64,000 nt of DNA, taken from NCBI RefSeq assembly GCF_018977255.1, contig NW_024704743.1, positions 79,052,001-79,116,000 on the forward strand, read 5' to 3'. This DNA comes from Callorhinchus milii (lineage: Eukaryota). This document shows positions 48,301 to 60,490 of this stretch, in pieces (positions within the stretch are counted from its first letter, which is position 1; every line of letters begins with the position of its first letter). The notes under the pieces were generated by a model. The model did no database searches. It saw only the letters and a list, made by a program, of their open reading frames with translations, and was not told the DNA's origin. The translations under genes were made by a program, and so were the position numbers.

Positions 48301-51300
48301 AGCTGAATCCACAACTACTGGCAGCTTCCATGGTAGATATGCGAATGTCAGAAATGGAAATCAAAGAAGAAAATGGTGGCTGTGTGGCATTAAGGAATAA
48401 AGTCCTGTGGCTGCATTAGTGATGGGTTCCTATCAGATGTTAATTACACTTTGCACACATTTAATATTAATTTTCGGACTTAAAAATGAACGATTGAAAT
48501 ATTGCTAGTCTTTTATCGATTGTATTTCAGATTCAATCCAGCAACTACTGTGATGATAATAATCCTTGCATTTGATATAATGACGTAGCACGTCTTCGAG
48601 ACGTCTCAAAGGACTTCACAGAATATACTGTAAAGTGAATTGACTGTACATTTTGGGGGCGGCCAATTGTGCACAGCAGTGACTCACAAATAGTCGTGGA
48701 TTGAAATCGTGCACCAATTTATTATCATTTTTTTTAAAGGAATTATTACCCTGGGAAAAGCGATCTGTTAATCGACTAACAACCGGGTTCCTACTTTCTG
48801 TTAGATAAACAGAGGCGTGTGAAGTAAGGAAACTTGCCCAACATTTCGCCTGCCAGGAATCAAACCCATATCTCTCGCTTGCGAAGCGAGTGCTCTAGCC
48901 AGTAAACTACAGGACTCCACATTTGTGGTATCATATTTGTAATCAAATGATCGTGTTACTGAATTGCTATATGCTCAGCGATGGTTAAAAATGTAGTTTA
49001 TGGAACGATAGGGTCGGCTTAATGCTTCTTTTGCGAGTAAAGAGTCATATGTTCAGATGTAAACATCTGAGCTGCTACTTCCCATCTTTTGGGAGGATAG
49101 AGTTAAAACCTGGGTTAATATATACAAAACTACTGGCCATGACTTACTGCGAGATAAAATATCAACTTAAGATTTACATAATTAATACCTTTCAGTAAGG
49201 ACAGCGTCTCAAAGAGCTTTACAGACAGTGATGATCACAAGGTAGGGATGTGGGAAAGTGAAGATGCAACCAAAGCCAATCAAAGATAGTTTTAAGCAGC
49301 ATTTTGAAGGCAGAGAGAGAGGACTGGGGCCATATTGCCTGAAAGCTCATCAACAGATGTGGCGGGATAGAGGGGGTGAGGGACATGCAGCAAGTGAGAG
49401 TTTGATCTTCAGTCAGTGCAGAAATTACCTTTAATAGAGACAAATCCTCTACTGTTACACCACAGTTAAGCTAATTAAATTGATCTGAACCGGACATTAT
49501 TTGTAGGACAATTTGGAGCCATTCGAATGCATCACTAATAACTACCATAAAAGTGCAGTGCAAAAGCCATTTGCTTGATTTATTGAGATTGTTTCTTGAG
49601 ATATCCATTACATTCCTGGAGCCCCGTTCTCCCAGGAGTGGGGATAGGTACAAGTCACAGCCAATATGACATTCAGGAATACTAAAAGGCAATAGATTCA
49701 GCAAATTAGTGTGGCCTTTGAATAGGAATTTTACTTACATTCCTAAGAAGTGACACGACTGAGTGATCCTTGCAGGCAAGCCAAGTAATAATCCTTGAAT
49801 TTGATATAGCGCTTTTCACGTTGGGAGGACGTCCCAAAGCGCTTCACAGAATAACTGTAAAGTGAATTGACTGTATATTTGTGGGCAAACGCGGCAGCCA
49901 ATTGCGCACAGCAATGTCCCACAAACAGTCGTAGATTGAAAATGACCAATTTATTATTGTTTTGCTTTTTGGAGGGATTATTATTAGGCTCTGTGTGGAG
50001 TAAGGAAACTTGCCCAAGGTTTCGCCCTGATCTGCCGGGAATTGAACTCAGGTCTCTCGCTTGCAAAGCGAGTGCTCTAATCACTGAGCTACAGGACTCC
50101 ACTAATGTTAAATGAATCACCATGAACCTGAAATTACTGGGATATTATTTGCAGTACATCCAAGACAAGTTGCCTAATGGTGCAATATCCAATTATTTGT
50201 TGGTAAACAAGAAAAATGATCAGGTGCCATGAAAGACGCATTTTAAATTGAGCACAATGCAATGTTGAAAAAAAACAGCCAATTAGTTTTTAAACAGATT
50301 TCACATTTAAAGACGATAAAGTTGGTAGGCTCAGGTATTCAGTACCTTACCTCAAACACAGCCAAAACCTTCGACCATTTGTTCATTATCTCCCACATCG
50401 ACTACTCAAATGCCCGCCTCACTGGTCTCCCCAGCTCCACCATCCACAAAATCCAGTTAATCCAAAACTCCCCCCCTCCCCCCATACTCACCAGCACAAA
50501 ACTCCATAACCCCATCACACCAGTTCTCGACAAGCTCCACTGGCTCCCTATCACTCAACAGAACGATTTCAAGATCCTCACACTCGTTTTCAAATCCCTT
50601 CATGTTCTGGCATCTTCCTACCTCTTCGACCTGCTTACTCCTCAACCCACTACCCATTGCCTCCGCTCGCCTGGCTCCAGCCTCCTGCTTGACCCTCATG
50701 CCCTCCATTCCACCATCGACAGCCATGTTTTCAGCCACAAAACTCTGGAACACGCTCCCTCAATGCCTCCGCCTTACCTCGTCCTTCTCCATCTTCAGGT
50801 CGGGTCTGAAGATCTTCCTCTTCAAGCGTGCCTACGGTCACCTCCCCCCAGTTCAGTGTGGTGCTCTGCTACTGTCAACTCTTTGGGATTCTACCCTGCA
50901 TGAGGGGTGCTGTATAAGAACAAGTTGTTGTCTGAAAGTTGCTCCTATTACAATATTATATCATCACTAATCTCTCTTGCCCTGCACTAGCCACACACTG
51001 CAGACTGGAGTAAGCTTGTTGGAGAGAAACAAAATAAGGGCACAGGCTTTTTTGCAATAGCTTGTTCCATTTGGCTCTGCCACATAAGAGACATCTGTTC
51101 CTTACAGAAAGCAGAAACAACTATCCACAGGAAACACATTTTAGATGTTGAAGTACGTCTTCCTGCTAGTCATGGATCCTCGAAGTCTGTGCCAACTACA
51201 GTACATGCCTGCCCTGTGGGCAATTGCTTCCATTTGAACCTTTAAGAAATCTGATATACTGTACAGCAGATTCTGGACTCAATTCAAGGCAACTCCAAGA

Positions 51301-54300
51301 TGGCCCAGAGCAGCGAAATGATTAGCAGGAAATCAAAAATACTGTAAAGTGTTCTTGCATTTCTCTCTGCTCTGCACAAGAACTTTTCAGGATACTGCTG
51401 TGGTCCAAGTCACATTAAATCTACTCACAGGACTAATCCTGGCATTTAGTATAGCACCTTATACGGTCAATTCACTGTACAGTCTATTCTATGAAGGGCT
51501 TTGAGACGTCAAAAAGACGTGAAAAGCGCTAAATCAAATGCAAGGATTATTATTATTATCACTTTGTCGAGATGTTTCAAAGCACCTCATTAGACATAAT
51601 GTAAAATGAATTGTCTGTATTTGGTGGGCAAAACGCAGCAGCCAGTTTGCGCACAGCAATGTTCCACAAACAACCACGGAGTGAGAGACCAATTTTATGG
51701 GGGTAGGCGGTGGAATTGTTGGCCAGGACAATGGGAGGAATTCCCTTCTCTTTTCAAATAGCATCACGGGATCTTTAACGTCCTCCTGAACAGGCAGACA
51801 GGACCTCAGCTTATCATCTCATCCAAAGGATGGCACCTCCCTAATGCAATGCAACACAACCATAGCACTGCATTGGAGTATCAGTTCAGAGTCTGACTAC
51901 GATTCCAAGTCCAGACAAGAGGCTTGAACCTCAAAACCTTCTGACTCAGAGGCAAGAGTTCTCCAACTGAGTCAAGCTGACACACAATTGCCGCAAATTC
52001 AATATTCATAACACGCAACCACTGAAACACACCCAATATTACAAGCCTTCAGCAAAGCGGAAGAAAACAATCACAGCATTTCAAAGTGCTTGAATAATTC
52101 CAGGATATTTGACAGATTCTCATTTCACAGGTAAACAGCAAAATAAGTTAAAAATATAATTACAACATGACCTCAACTATATATTATGCTACCACAGAGA
52201 ACTGTATTGCCAGTCATGTAGTGGTGTACCTCTTCAAGGTTCAAGATTGCACATCGATTATCTCATTAACTCAGTGTTGAAAGATGTTGCCAAACAAATC
52301 TACCGTGGCCACTCACCTGCATCAGCTTCATTCATACAAAAACTCAAGGTTAAACCAGAGAGACTTTGTTGTACAGAAAGTCTGTTTAAAAACAACAAGC
52401 AAATGCTAAGGGAATTGACAGAGCAAAACTTCTAGCATCAATGGTCAGCTGGTTTATGACAAATGTATCACCGATTGATAGAGCACTACAAACTTGTGGG
52501 TTTAAAATTAGACATTTGTAATTTATAGATAAGAATGTACCGGTAGTTGCTTTGTCTACAGTTTATGGTTGTTATGGTCAATTTATTTTTAATTGTATTA
52601 TTAAAGAATTGTTCTTTCCTCTCCTACTCCCACCATTCCCTGTACAAGTTCCTCTAATCCACCTGGGTAAATATGATCCACTGAGACACATTGCTCAATC
52701 TATTTTTATTGACTTTTATTCAAGCCAAGAAAGTAAGATTAGATGAGAAAACTTAGATAGCTAAAAGTAAACGTATAGCAGATTGCACCAAAATATTTTT
52801 TTATTCAAGATTTGGGAACATTTGGAAAAATCTAGCAATCAAGGTAAGCAAAAGAAAATGTTGGAAGAATATTTAAATTTCATCAGACAGCACAATTTAG
52901 TAATGAGAGAGCTCCAAATTATAATTGCAGAGTAGCCGCAAAGTCATTTGACGAGATAACGGTCAGAGTGCTACCAAACCGAGCATCTCCTTTGGGCGAC
53001 AATAACACTGAAAATGTGCATAAATCCTGGAAGCATGATTAATGCATTGGAATACAGGCTTCATGGACCAAATGAAGCCCTTTCTCATCTCCTTTTACAG
53101 TAATACCTACACTTGATAGAGTACCTTATCACACAAGCGAGAAATCTTAAAGTGCTTCACAGGATATACTGTAAACTTCATGTGGCTTCAGCTGGCAGGT
53201 GCACAGATGACTTTGAACTAATTTGCTGCATTAAGTGAATTTGTCACTGAGGCAATCACAGCACTTTCAAATCCTCCTTTTTTTTGACCTTCTGCTGACA
53301 ATTACTAAACATAAGTAATAAATCAGTTAAGTACTTAACATTCCAGGAATGAGGAGGTCCTTGGCCATTGCAAACATAACACCACTATTTAAGAAGGGTG
53401 GGAGAGAAAAGATGGCGAACTATAGACCAGTTAGTCTATAGTAGGGAAAATTCTTGAGTCCTTAATTAAAGATGTTGTTATGGGATTCCTGGAAGACCAT
53501 AACAAGATTATATCAAATGCAAGGATTATTATTATTATTACTATTAGGCAGTCAACATGGCTTTACAAAAGGGAAGTCATGCTTAACTAATCTTTTAGAG
53601 TTTTTTGAAGATGTATCTAGCAGGTTAGATAGGGGGGAACCAGTAGATGTAGTATATTTAGATTTTAAAAAGGCATTTAACAAAGTGCCACACAAAAGGC
53701 TATTGCACAAGGTTAAGGCCCATGGGATTAATGGGAACATATTAGCATGGATTGAAGAGTGGCTAATGGGTAGAAAACAGAGAGTAGGGATAAACGGGTC
53801 ATTCTCGAATTGGCAGGATATGACTAGTGGAGTGCCACAAGGATCAGTGCTTGGCCCTCAGCTATTTACAGTTTACATCAATGATCTAGACGAGGACATT
53901 GAATGTAACGTATCTAAAATCGCGGATGACACTAAAGTAGGTGGGAAAGTAAGCTCTGAGGATGATGCAAAAAGATTGCAACGGGATATAGATAGGCTAG
54001 GGGAGTGGGCGAGTAGGTGGCAGATGGAATTTAATGTGGGGAAGTGTGAAGTTATTCACCAAGGTAGAAAAAATAGAAAAACAGATTATTTTCTAGAGGG
54101 GGAGAGATTAGATAGTGTTAGTGTTCAGAGGGATTTGGGTGTCCTTGTACACCAGTCTCAAAAAGTTAGTTTGCAGGTGCAGCAGCAACTAAGAAGGCGA
54201 ACGGCATGTTAGCGTTCATTGCAAAAGGTTTAGAGTACAAGAGTAGGGAAGTCTTGCTGCAACTGTATAGGGCCTTGGTGAGACCGCACCTAGAGTATTG

Positions 54301-57300
54301 TGTGCAGTTTTGGTCTCCTTATTTAAAAAAGGACATACTTGCCCTCGAGGGGGTGCAGCGTAGATTCACTCGGTTAGTTCCTGGGATGAGGGGACTGACC
54401 TATGAGGATAGGCTGAATAAACTAGGGCTGTATTCTCTAGAGTACAGAAGAATTAGGGGAGATCTTATTGAAACATATAAGATTCTTAAAGGGCTGATAA
54501 AGTAGACACTGAGGGTCTGTTTCCCCTGGTAGGAGAATCTATAACCAGGGGTCACAGTCTTAAAATTAAGGGTCAGCCTTTTAGAACAGAGTTGAGGAAA
54601 CATTTCTTCACTCAGAGGGTAGTGAATTTATGGAATTCACTACCCCAGAAGGCTGTAGATGCTCAGTCCTTGAACATCTTCAAGGCTGAGACTGATAGAT
54701 TTTTTAAAAATAGAGAAATTAGGGGATATGGGGATAGGGCAGGTAATTAGAGTTAGGTCAGAAGATCAGCCATGATCTTATTGAATGGCGGGGCAGGCTC
54801 GAGGGGCCGAATGGCCTACTCCTGCTCCTAATTCTTATGTTCTTATTGCACAAAACTGCAGCAATTTTGACAGCAAAGATGATCTGATAAGTGGCAACCG
54901 CAACCAAACTGAGCAAAGACCCACATTTATTGAGCAAATAGTGAAGGTAGCGATGATGAGCAGTGGTTACATACCTGAAAATGGGTTGTACCCACCCACC
55001 ACCAGAGGATAAGGAAAAATGCCCGGAAGGAGGTTGTTTGTGAATTTAGTTGCATTCAAACAGTGTGGTACTTTTTCCTCAAAAGTAAAACTGTCAGTGC
55101 TTTTTTGCAGAGATAAAATGAGTAACAAGTAACATTCCTAATATTCACAATTCCTTGCAATAATCTAGAATTAAGGGATCGAGTAACATAATCCAGCAAC
55201 AAAGTGTTACATGCCGATTTCAGACAAGGAGCATTGCACAAATTAAATACAAATAAGGGTTTAATTTCCTTGGTCAGTGCGGCTAGATCATCCTGATGCA
55301 AATTATTACTCTTTATAATATCTGGGGTATAGACGTTCCAATGTAATGCGCATATGAATAAGGAAAAAAAACTGGTTCAGGAAGGCGTCATCCTACTTGG
55401 CTTGAGCAGACTCTCGATTGGGAGAGAGGAATTGATTTGGCATTACAGACATCAGCACACTGACAGAACAAACCTTTACATAGATGTACACCATCAGACT
55501 ATAGCACTATTTCTATCATGTCTTCACAGCCATACATTCTAATAGCAAATACTACAAAATAATTTCTGCCTGTTACTGAACTAGTGCCCAAGTCACATTC
55601 CTAGTTTAGGTGTATGTGATACTCAGGTCCGCTTCAATGCCTAAGTGGCAAAGCCTGCTAGAACATATAGCACAGGTGTCACGAGGCTTCAACCAAAAAA
55701 AAACAGCATTGAATCAACACTTCAAAACTTCTGCAACCACAAATTGTATTTCTTACTCGCTATTGCAAAATTCAATGTTAATGCCAAATAAGTCCCCAAC
55801 CTAAATCCGTTTTCCAACTGAGAAACCCAGGTAAGCAAAAAAACTTAATGCATGTCAGCAAATCACATAAACCATTAGAGGTGAATTGAAATACTGAAGA
55901 CTCATAGTCTGGACAGATTTCTCAGGGAAGAGTTGATCAGCAGCTGGACTGGGAGTCTAAATGGGCTGCAGTGACATAGTGAATAATAGTGCAATAATAG
56001 TGCAACAGGATATAGGGATTTGATTAAATAGGATTGATTGAATACTCCTGCATTTGTGGTGGCTCATCCCTCTCCTGGAGCTCAGGAATCCTTTCAGGAA
56101 TCCTAGAGGAATTTTCCAAAATGACTCTCACCCCCGCAGAACAACACAATTACATTTGTATAACGCCTTTCACAAGCAGTGTGGTTAAAGCTTTGGATGG
56201 GAAACGGATTTTATTGGCCACTGAACCTTTTTCTACTCTTTCGTTTCCAACTTTGTGTGTATATGTATCTACGGATCAGTCACAAATCATACAGTCAGGC
56301 ATACAAACATTGCTGGTACATTACAACACAGCTCTAAGGTATTATTTTCTTCGAAGACAGAACAAAATGAGTACCTCAAGTATCGATCATTCACATTATA
56401 TGCACAATTCGATTAGCAAAACTACTCTCTTGTAAAACATCACAAATGCAAGACAATACAAATTTACATTTAGATAGCATCGTTCACATCAGGAGGACGG
56501 TCCCAGGGATCTTAATCATTTCTTGACACCCGAGCTGGAGGTGGGACTCAAGAGGGCGAGGAGGATTGAATACTGCAAAATTTCACAATACCATTCATTT
56601 AAATACTTTTTTGTACCAAGTGCACGCGTGCATTGCTCATCAGCGATAAAAATAATTTTAAAAAATCCCCACAGACTTGGCATCTCTTTGGCTCGGTGGC
56701 AAACTAACAAAGGCCGATAATGCAATGCCATCGGTTTCAATCCATAACTTTTGAGTCCCATTTCCAGACACCTTCGCGACTCCTCAGCGAGGAACCAGGA
56801 GCCATGGCACTGAATGCATTGGTCTGCGAATGCGCTCAAGCCCCCAAAATCCTTAAATGGGGGCAAAGCTTCCGGTAGCAATTTGTCACCTCACTGACCC
56901 AAACAAAATGCAGCCCTCCCCCTCCCATCAGGTGCCACTCCCGAGCTCTGAACTGCTGCCCCAACGAAGTCAGGAGAAATGCTGCGACGCGCTGCAGTGA
57001 GAGCGCTGTGAGTTGCAGTGACTGACGGCCGTCGGGGGGAATGGAATGGTTTCTCGTTGCAGTTTTACAACTTTCTGCCCCGGGTCGTGAGGAGAGGGTA
57101 AAGCCACGGAAACTTCACGCTCACCGTCGCCCCCCCCCACACCCCACCGCAGCTCTGATCGCCGGCGCGCACTGAGGCGGCGTCCGACCCCCGGGACTGG
57201 GGGTTCCATTTCCAGAACTCGCCTCCGGTATTCGGGAATAACACGGGGAGTGGGGGAGGAGGGGTGGGGGGGGGAGTGTGTGGGGGGGGAGGGGGGAGTG

Positions 57301-58052
57301 GGGAGGGAGGAGGAGTGGGGGGGAGTGGGGAGTGGGGGGGGAGTGGGGGAGTGTAAGAGAGACATTTCATTCAAACCTAAAGCGAAAGCGAGGGAAGCGC
57401 CAGTGCCAGAAACTTTCGTGCAATGTAACCTTCCGCAGATCATACAGACCGACAGCCGAGGCTGAGGCTGAGGCGGTCAGTGTGTGGCGGTCAGACAGCA
57501 AACACCACCCCCTCAGCTGCACCCACTGTCGGGTCCCTCTCCCCCCCCACCCCTGTCCCTCTCCCCCTGTCCCTCTCCCCCTGTCCCTCCCCCCCTGTCC
57601 CTCTCCCCCCTGTCCCTCTCCCCCCCCTGTCCCTCTCCCCCCCCCTGTCCCTCTCCCCCCCCCCCCCTGTCCCTCTCCCCCCCCCCCCTGTCCCTCTCCC
57701 CCCCCCCCCTGTCCCTCTCCCCCCCCCCCCCTGTCCCTCTCGCCGCTGCTGAGAGACTCCTCTTACCTTGCGCTGCGGCCAAGGACTCGAACCTCCGCAG
57801 CTCCCTCAGCAGACCCGCCCTCTCGGTCCAGTGGAGGCTGCACACGAAGTCGCGGGATCCCTGCTCCGTGCTCAGCGGCTCCACCGGCTCCTTGGCCGAG
57901 TGCGTCCCGAAGCGCCGCCGGCGACCCGAAAAGGGCAAACCGCCCAGACGGAGGGGAGCGGCGGCGGCTTCCCGTCCGCAGCAGCAGGAGGAGGAGGAGG
58001 CGAGGGGCAGAGCGCGGGACAGCCTGGAGAGCAGGAGCAGCGGCAGCGCCAT
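30170..58052 (-). CDS. TMEM65: Transmembrane protein 65 (mitochondrial inner membrane), complete; 7 coding exons: 58052-57767, 38794-38750, 37599-37532, 37188-37134, 32284-32242, 30841-30736, 30301-30170 (735 nt, 244 aa)
   Basis: GT-AG exons join in frame. Motifs [92 protein letters not shown] and [13 protein letters not shown] match TMEM65 as recalled. The N-terminus is Arg/Leu/Ser-rich, like a mitochondrial presequence. Confidence 0.96.
30736..30841 (-). CDS. TMEM65: TMEM65 exon 6 ([35 protein letters not shown])
   Basis: tattag| acceptor and CTG|gtgagt donor. Confidence 0.96.
31012..31700 (-). mobile_element. CR1-clade LINE 3' fragment
   Basis: [32 protein letters not shown], (atgattct)-type tail. 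Confidence 0.9.
32242..32284 (-). CDS. TMEM65: TMEM65 exon 5 ([15 protein letters not shown])
   Basis: aatcag| acceptor and GG|gtaagt donor. Confidence 0.95.
33000..33595 (-). repeat. Unclassified interspersed repeat, second copy
   Basis: Reverse-complement similarity to 15-600; a partial third copy lies at about 2070-2165. Confidence 0.75.
33614..35380 (+). mobile_element. CR1-clade LINE, 5'-truncated, RT-containing, frameshifted
   Basis: [61 protein letters not shown]; 3' end gggccgaatggcctattcctgctcct. Confidence 0.96.
36590..36960 (-). mobile_element. Degenerate L2 ORF2 fragment
   Basis: [17 protein letters not shown] corresponds to the L2 segment at about 12120-12200. Confidence 0.65.
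37134..37188 (-). CDS. TMEM65: TMEM65 exon 4 ([18 protein letters not shown])
   Basis: ttttcgcag| acceptor and CAG|gtatga donor. Confidence 0.96.
37532..37599 (-). CDS. TMEM65: TMEM65 exon 3 ([23 protein letters not shown])
   Basis: ttgcag| acceptor and GCA|gtaagt donor. Confidence 0.96.
38750..38794 (-). CDS. TMEM65: TMEM65 exon 2 ([15 protein letters not shown]), 45 nt
   Basis: ttttcttttctgcag| acceptor and ATG|gtacaa donor; phase 1-1; resembles human EKLEAPPPTPGQLRY. Confidence 0.88.
43200..44420. mobile_element. Mixed degenerate CR1 fragments and a Deu-type SINE
   Basis: RTGGHGFK remnant (+), [16 protein letters not shown] (-), SINE tail at about 43660-43855. Confidence 0.6.
46181..46436 (-). 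mobile_element. tRNA-derived SINE, 5'-truncated
   Basis: Near-identical to the body of 25512-25770. Confidence 0.9.
48553..48919 (-). mobile_element. tRNA-derived SINE, longer and more diverged variant
   Basis: Same head and tail, with an extra ~60-nt internal segment (about 48748-48812). Confidence 0.85.
49785..50101 (-). mobile_element. Full-length tRNA-derived SINE
   Basis: Near-identical to 25512-25841. Confidence 0.93.
50340..50930 (+). mobile_element. L2 3' fragment (degenerate)
   Basis: [28 protein letters not shown]; (TTG)n tail. Confidence 0.88.
51435..51982 (-). mobile_element. Deu-domain tRNA-SINE with a nested opposite-strand SINE tail (about 51462-51557)
   Basis: tRNA-like head tgtcagcttgactcagttgg...ggttcaagcc on -, Deu core, tail split by the insert. 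Confidence 0.8.
53342..54845 (+). mobile_element. CR1-clade LINE, 5'-truncated
   Basis: [38 protein letters not shown]; tail ttcttatgttcttat. Confidence 0.96.
57245..57352 (+). repeat. G-rich low-complexity tract (GGGGAGT-like units)
   Basis: Many G-runs of 4 or more on the + strand. Confidence 0.85.
57533..57741. repeat. Minisatellite (TGTCCCTCT-Cn) x ~12; G-rich on the TMEM65 sense strand
   Basis: Visible tandem units with C-runs of 5-13 nt. Confidence 0.92.
57767..58052 (-). CDS. TMEM65: TMEM65 coding exon 1 ([15 protein letters not shown]...[10 protein letters not shown])
   Basis: Kozak-like gccATGG on the minus strand; CAAG|gtaaga donor; lies in a CpG island. Confidence 0.92.
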
Positions 58053-58104
58053 GGCGAGCGGGAGCGGAGCACAGAGACCACCGGCACTAATGGGAGCTCC
58101 CGCG

Positions 58105-58200
58105 CGGGGGGGAGGGGGGAGGGGGCGGGGCCGCGCGGGCGGGGGGCGGGGCCAGGGGGCGGGGCCGCGGACTGACTGACTGACTGGCACGTGACACGCG
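58105..58200 (-). promoter_or_regulatory. TMEM65 proximal promoter: clustered GC boxes (GGGGCGGGG) and an E-box GTCACGTG
   Basis: Three GGGGCGGGG motifs at about 58121-58165; CACGTG at 58188-58193; (ACTG)4 lies between them. Confidence 0.65.
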
Positions 58201-58454
58201 CGCGGCCGCCAGCGCCAGGTTCGGAATCTGGGCCCGCGTTCCACTGGGGCCGCCGCGAGCGCCTCGGCTCGTCCGACTGCGCCGCTTGTCGGGCAACAGC
58301 AACGGCGGCGGCGGCACCGGCAGCCTTTTATAACGCGCCCCCTCCCTTCCCTTCACGCGGGGCAGCCTCTCGGAGGCATCCAGCAATCGGTCAAAGGCAA
58401 ACCAGGAAACCAATTCAATTTACAATGTTCCCACTTTTTTTTTCCTGCCAACCA

Positions 58455-58464
58455 GCGCGTGCGC
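58455..58464. promoter_or_regulatory. NRF1-like site GCGCGTGCGC
   Basis: Matches the GCGCRTGCGC consensus, upstream of a nuclear-encoded mitochondrial gene. Confidence 0.45.
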
Positions 58465-59000
58465 GAACACCACACACACACATCGCTTTTTTTTGCCGTA
58501 AATGTGATTATACGCTTTTGTTTTTTGCCGGCCCTGCAAATGTGCTAAAACAGAAAAAAAAAAGAACCTGCGTGAGGGAAGGGGGTGGGTGAGAGGATTT
58601 TTTTTGCACGTGTGTGAACACGGGTGGAGGAGCTCGATGTTCCGCAAGGCCGAGCAGAATAAAACCAATCAAACGTGGTTCAAATTAAAAGAGCAAACGA
58701 GGGGTGTGATTGTGTGTGTGTGTGTGTGGAGGGTGAAGGAGGAGAGTCTCTGAGCTGCGGGACTGAAGATCTAATGCAAACTCGCACTCAGGGTCAGTTG
58801 TCAGATCGGGCGGGTTGTGCTGTTGGGATAAAAGTCGGCTTTGGGCGGGTGTCTTGTCTTAGTGTGTTTCGGTTTCTGATTGAAACCTGCAGAACTGTCC
58901 CTGAGGCGCTGCCTGACAGCGAGCGGCCACACACCGACACACACACACACACACGCACACGGCGCCCGTCAGGAGATTGTCCCCGCCCAGCCCCTCCCGG

Positions 59001-59076
59001 GGCATGCTGGGAGCTGTAGTCTCCGTCAGTCCATCCCTGGCGGAGGGTCCGGGGAACTACACCTCCCGACACGCAC
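59001..59076. promoter_or_regulatory. Two oppositely oriented ZNF143/THAP11 (ACTACAnnTCCC) motifs
   Basis: GACTACAGCTCCCAGCATGCC on - (59021-59001) and AACTACACCTCCCGACACGCAC on + (59055-59076). Confidence 0.7.
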
Positions 59077-59529
59077 CGCGCTCTACAGCTGTGTCGCCCC
59101 CCAGTGAACATGATCTGTGGCTCTTATTATTACAGACCGAACCAAAGAGAGCCTTGAGATGGAAAAAATAAGCTGTCAGCCTCCCGTGCCACTTAATTGC
59201 AGTCATTGGCAGGGCGTGTCCTCCCAGACGATGATGTTATTATCATGCCCCTGTTTTTCCGCTTTCTCACACAGCACTGCTGTTGTAGAATATGTTTAAA
59301 GCGGTCTGTAAAGGCGTACTGATCTGTAAGAGCTCAGGGGGGCTATCCTGCAAGAGGGGGCGCTATATAAATGCAAGTTGTTGTTGTTGTTGTTGTGATA
59401 AAGACGAGACTTTAAATAATACCAGAAACTACACATTACTCTTTTTACCATCAGATGAAATAATATTTTAGAACGCACTATTTTGTCTTGTGCTTTCCCA
59501 CTGGGTTGGTGAAATTTTAAATGATTTTT

Positions 59530-60490
59530 GTAACTTAAGTCAGGAGCACATCTCAAATCATTTCACATGATTTACTATGGAGTATAATGGCTGTACTTTT
59601 GTAGGCGAACATTGGCAGTCGATTTGCACACAGCAATGCCCCACAAACAGCTATGAAGTGAGCGACCAATTTTATTTGGTGGCTTGTCAGCCAGGATTCC
59701 CTTCTGAGAGAAAGGACTCCCTTCTGTGAGAGAAACTCCTTTCTCTTTTCAAAAAAGTGTCATGGGATCTTTAAGGTCCACTTGAACAGGCAGACAATCC
59801 TCCAAATAAAATTGGTTATTGTATACACTCTGGAACTCCATCCCAAGGTCCCTTTGCCTCGTTTCCTCCCTTGCATCCTTCAAGGCCGGTCTCAAGACTC
59901 TTCTCTCCAACTATGCCTTTGGTCTCCCTCCCATCTCTCTGCCTTCCCTCACCCCTACACCACCCCTCCCCCATGCTCGGGCCCCGACATCTGACTGTTC
60001 AGCGCTTTGGGATGTCCTCCCGACGTGAAAGGCGCTCTACAAATTTAATTTTGTTGTTGTTCCGCATTCGCCTATAAAATACATAGTTACTACAATTAAG
60101 AATAAACTGTCCTTTGAGACAGTTTAAAAAATGTTAAGGATATCAAATGAAAGGATTATTAGTATATGCAAGGCTGGCCTCTTCCCCTCCAGATTAACTC
60201 TACCAATACTTTAACTTGTTTACGCTCCACTCCTCTGGTTCTGGCCTTCTACACGTACCTCGACCCCTCCTCTCCATCATCGGTGACTGTGTTTTAAGCC
60301 AGTACTCCCCAAACCTACCTCAAACCTATCTTGCTCCCTCCTTGCCTGTCTTTATATTATACCTGAAGACCTTTCTCTTCGACCATGCCGACAGTCACCT
60401 CCCCCTGACTCAACTTCAAGCTCTGCCACTGTTAAGCACTCTGAGACACTACCCTGCATGAAGGGTGCTATATAAATGCAAGTTGTTCTT
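59530..60490. mobile_element. Deu-type SINE fragment (-, about 59535-59800) followed by L2 3' fragments (+, about 59828-60060 and 60220-60490)
   Basis: catgggatctttaaggtccacttgaacaggcagac core; LWNSIP..L...SSLASFKAGLKT; L2 tails. Confidence 0.8.

Larger units (their letters stand above)
56930..59110. promoter_or_regulatory. CpG island spanning the TMEM65 promoter, exon 1 and the start of intron 1
   Basis: Sharp rise in GC content and CpG density relative to the CpG-depleted flanks. Confidence 0.9.

Noticed and set aside
57533..57741. CRISPR-like repeat/spacer array
   Set aside because: The spacers are only poly-C runs, the context is vertebrate, and no cas genes are present.
57278..58179. 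Long Pro-rich + strand ORFs (270 aa and 231 aa)
   Set aside because: They arise from the C-rich minisatellite and the stop-poor CpG island antisense to TMEM65 exon 1.
58053..58244. In-frame N-terminal extension of TMEM65 from the ORF track
   Set aside because: It starts at a non-ATG codon and runs through the GC-box promoter. The ATG at 58052 has a good Kozak context and begins a presequence-like segment.
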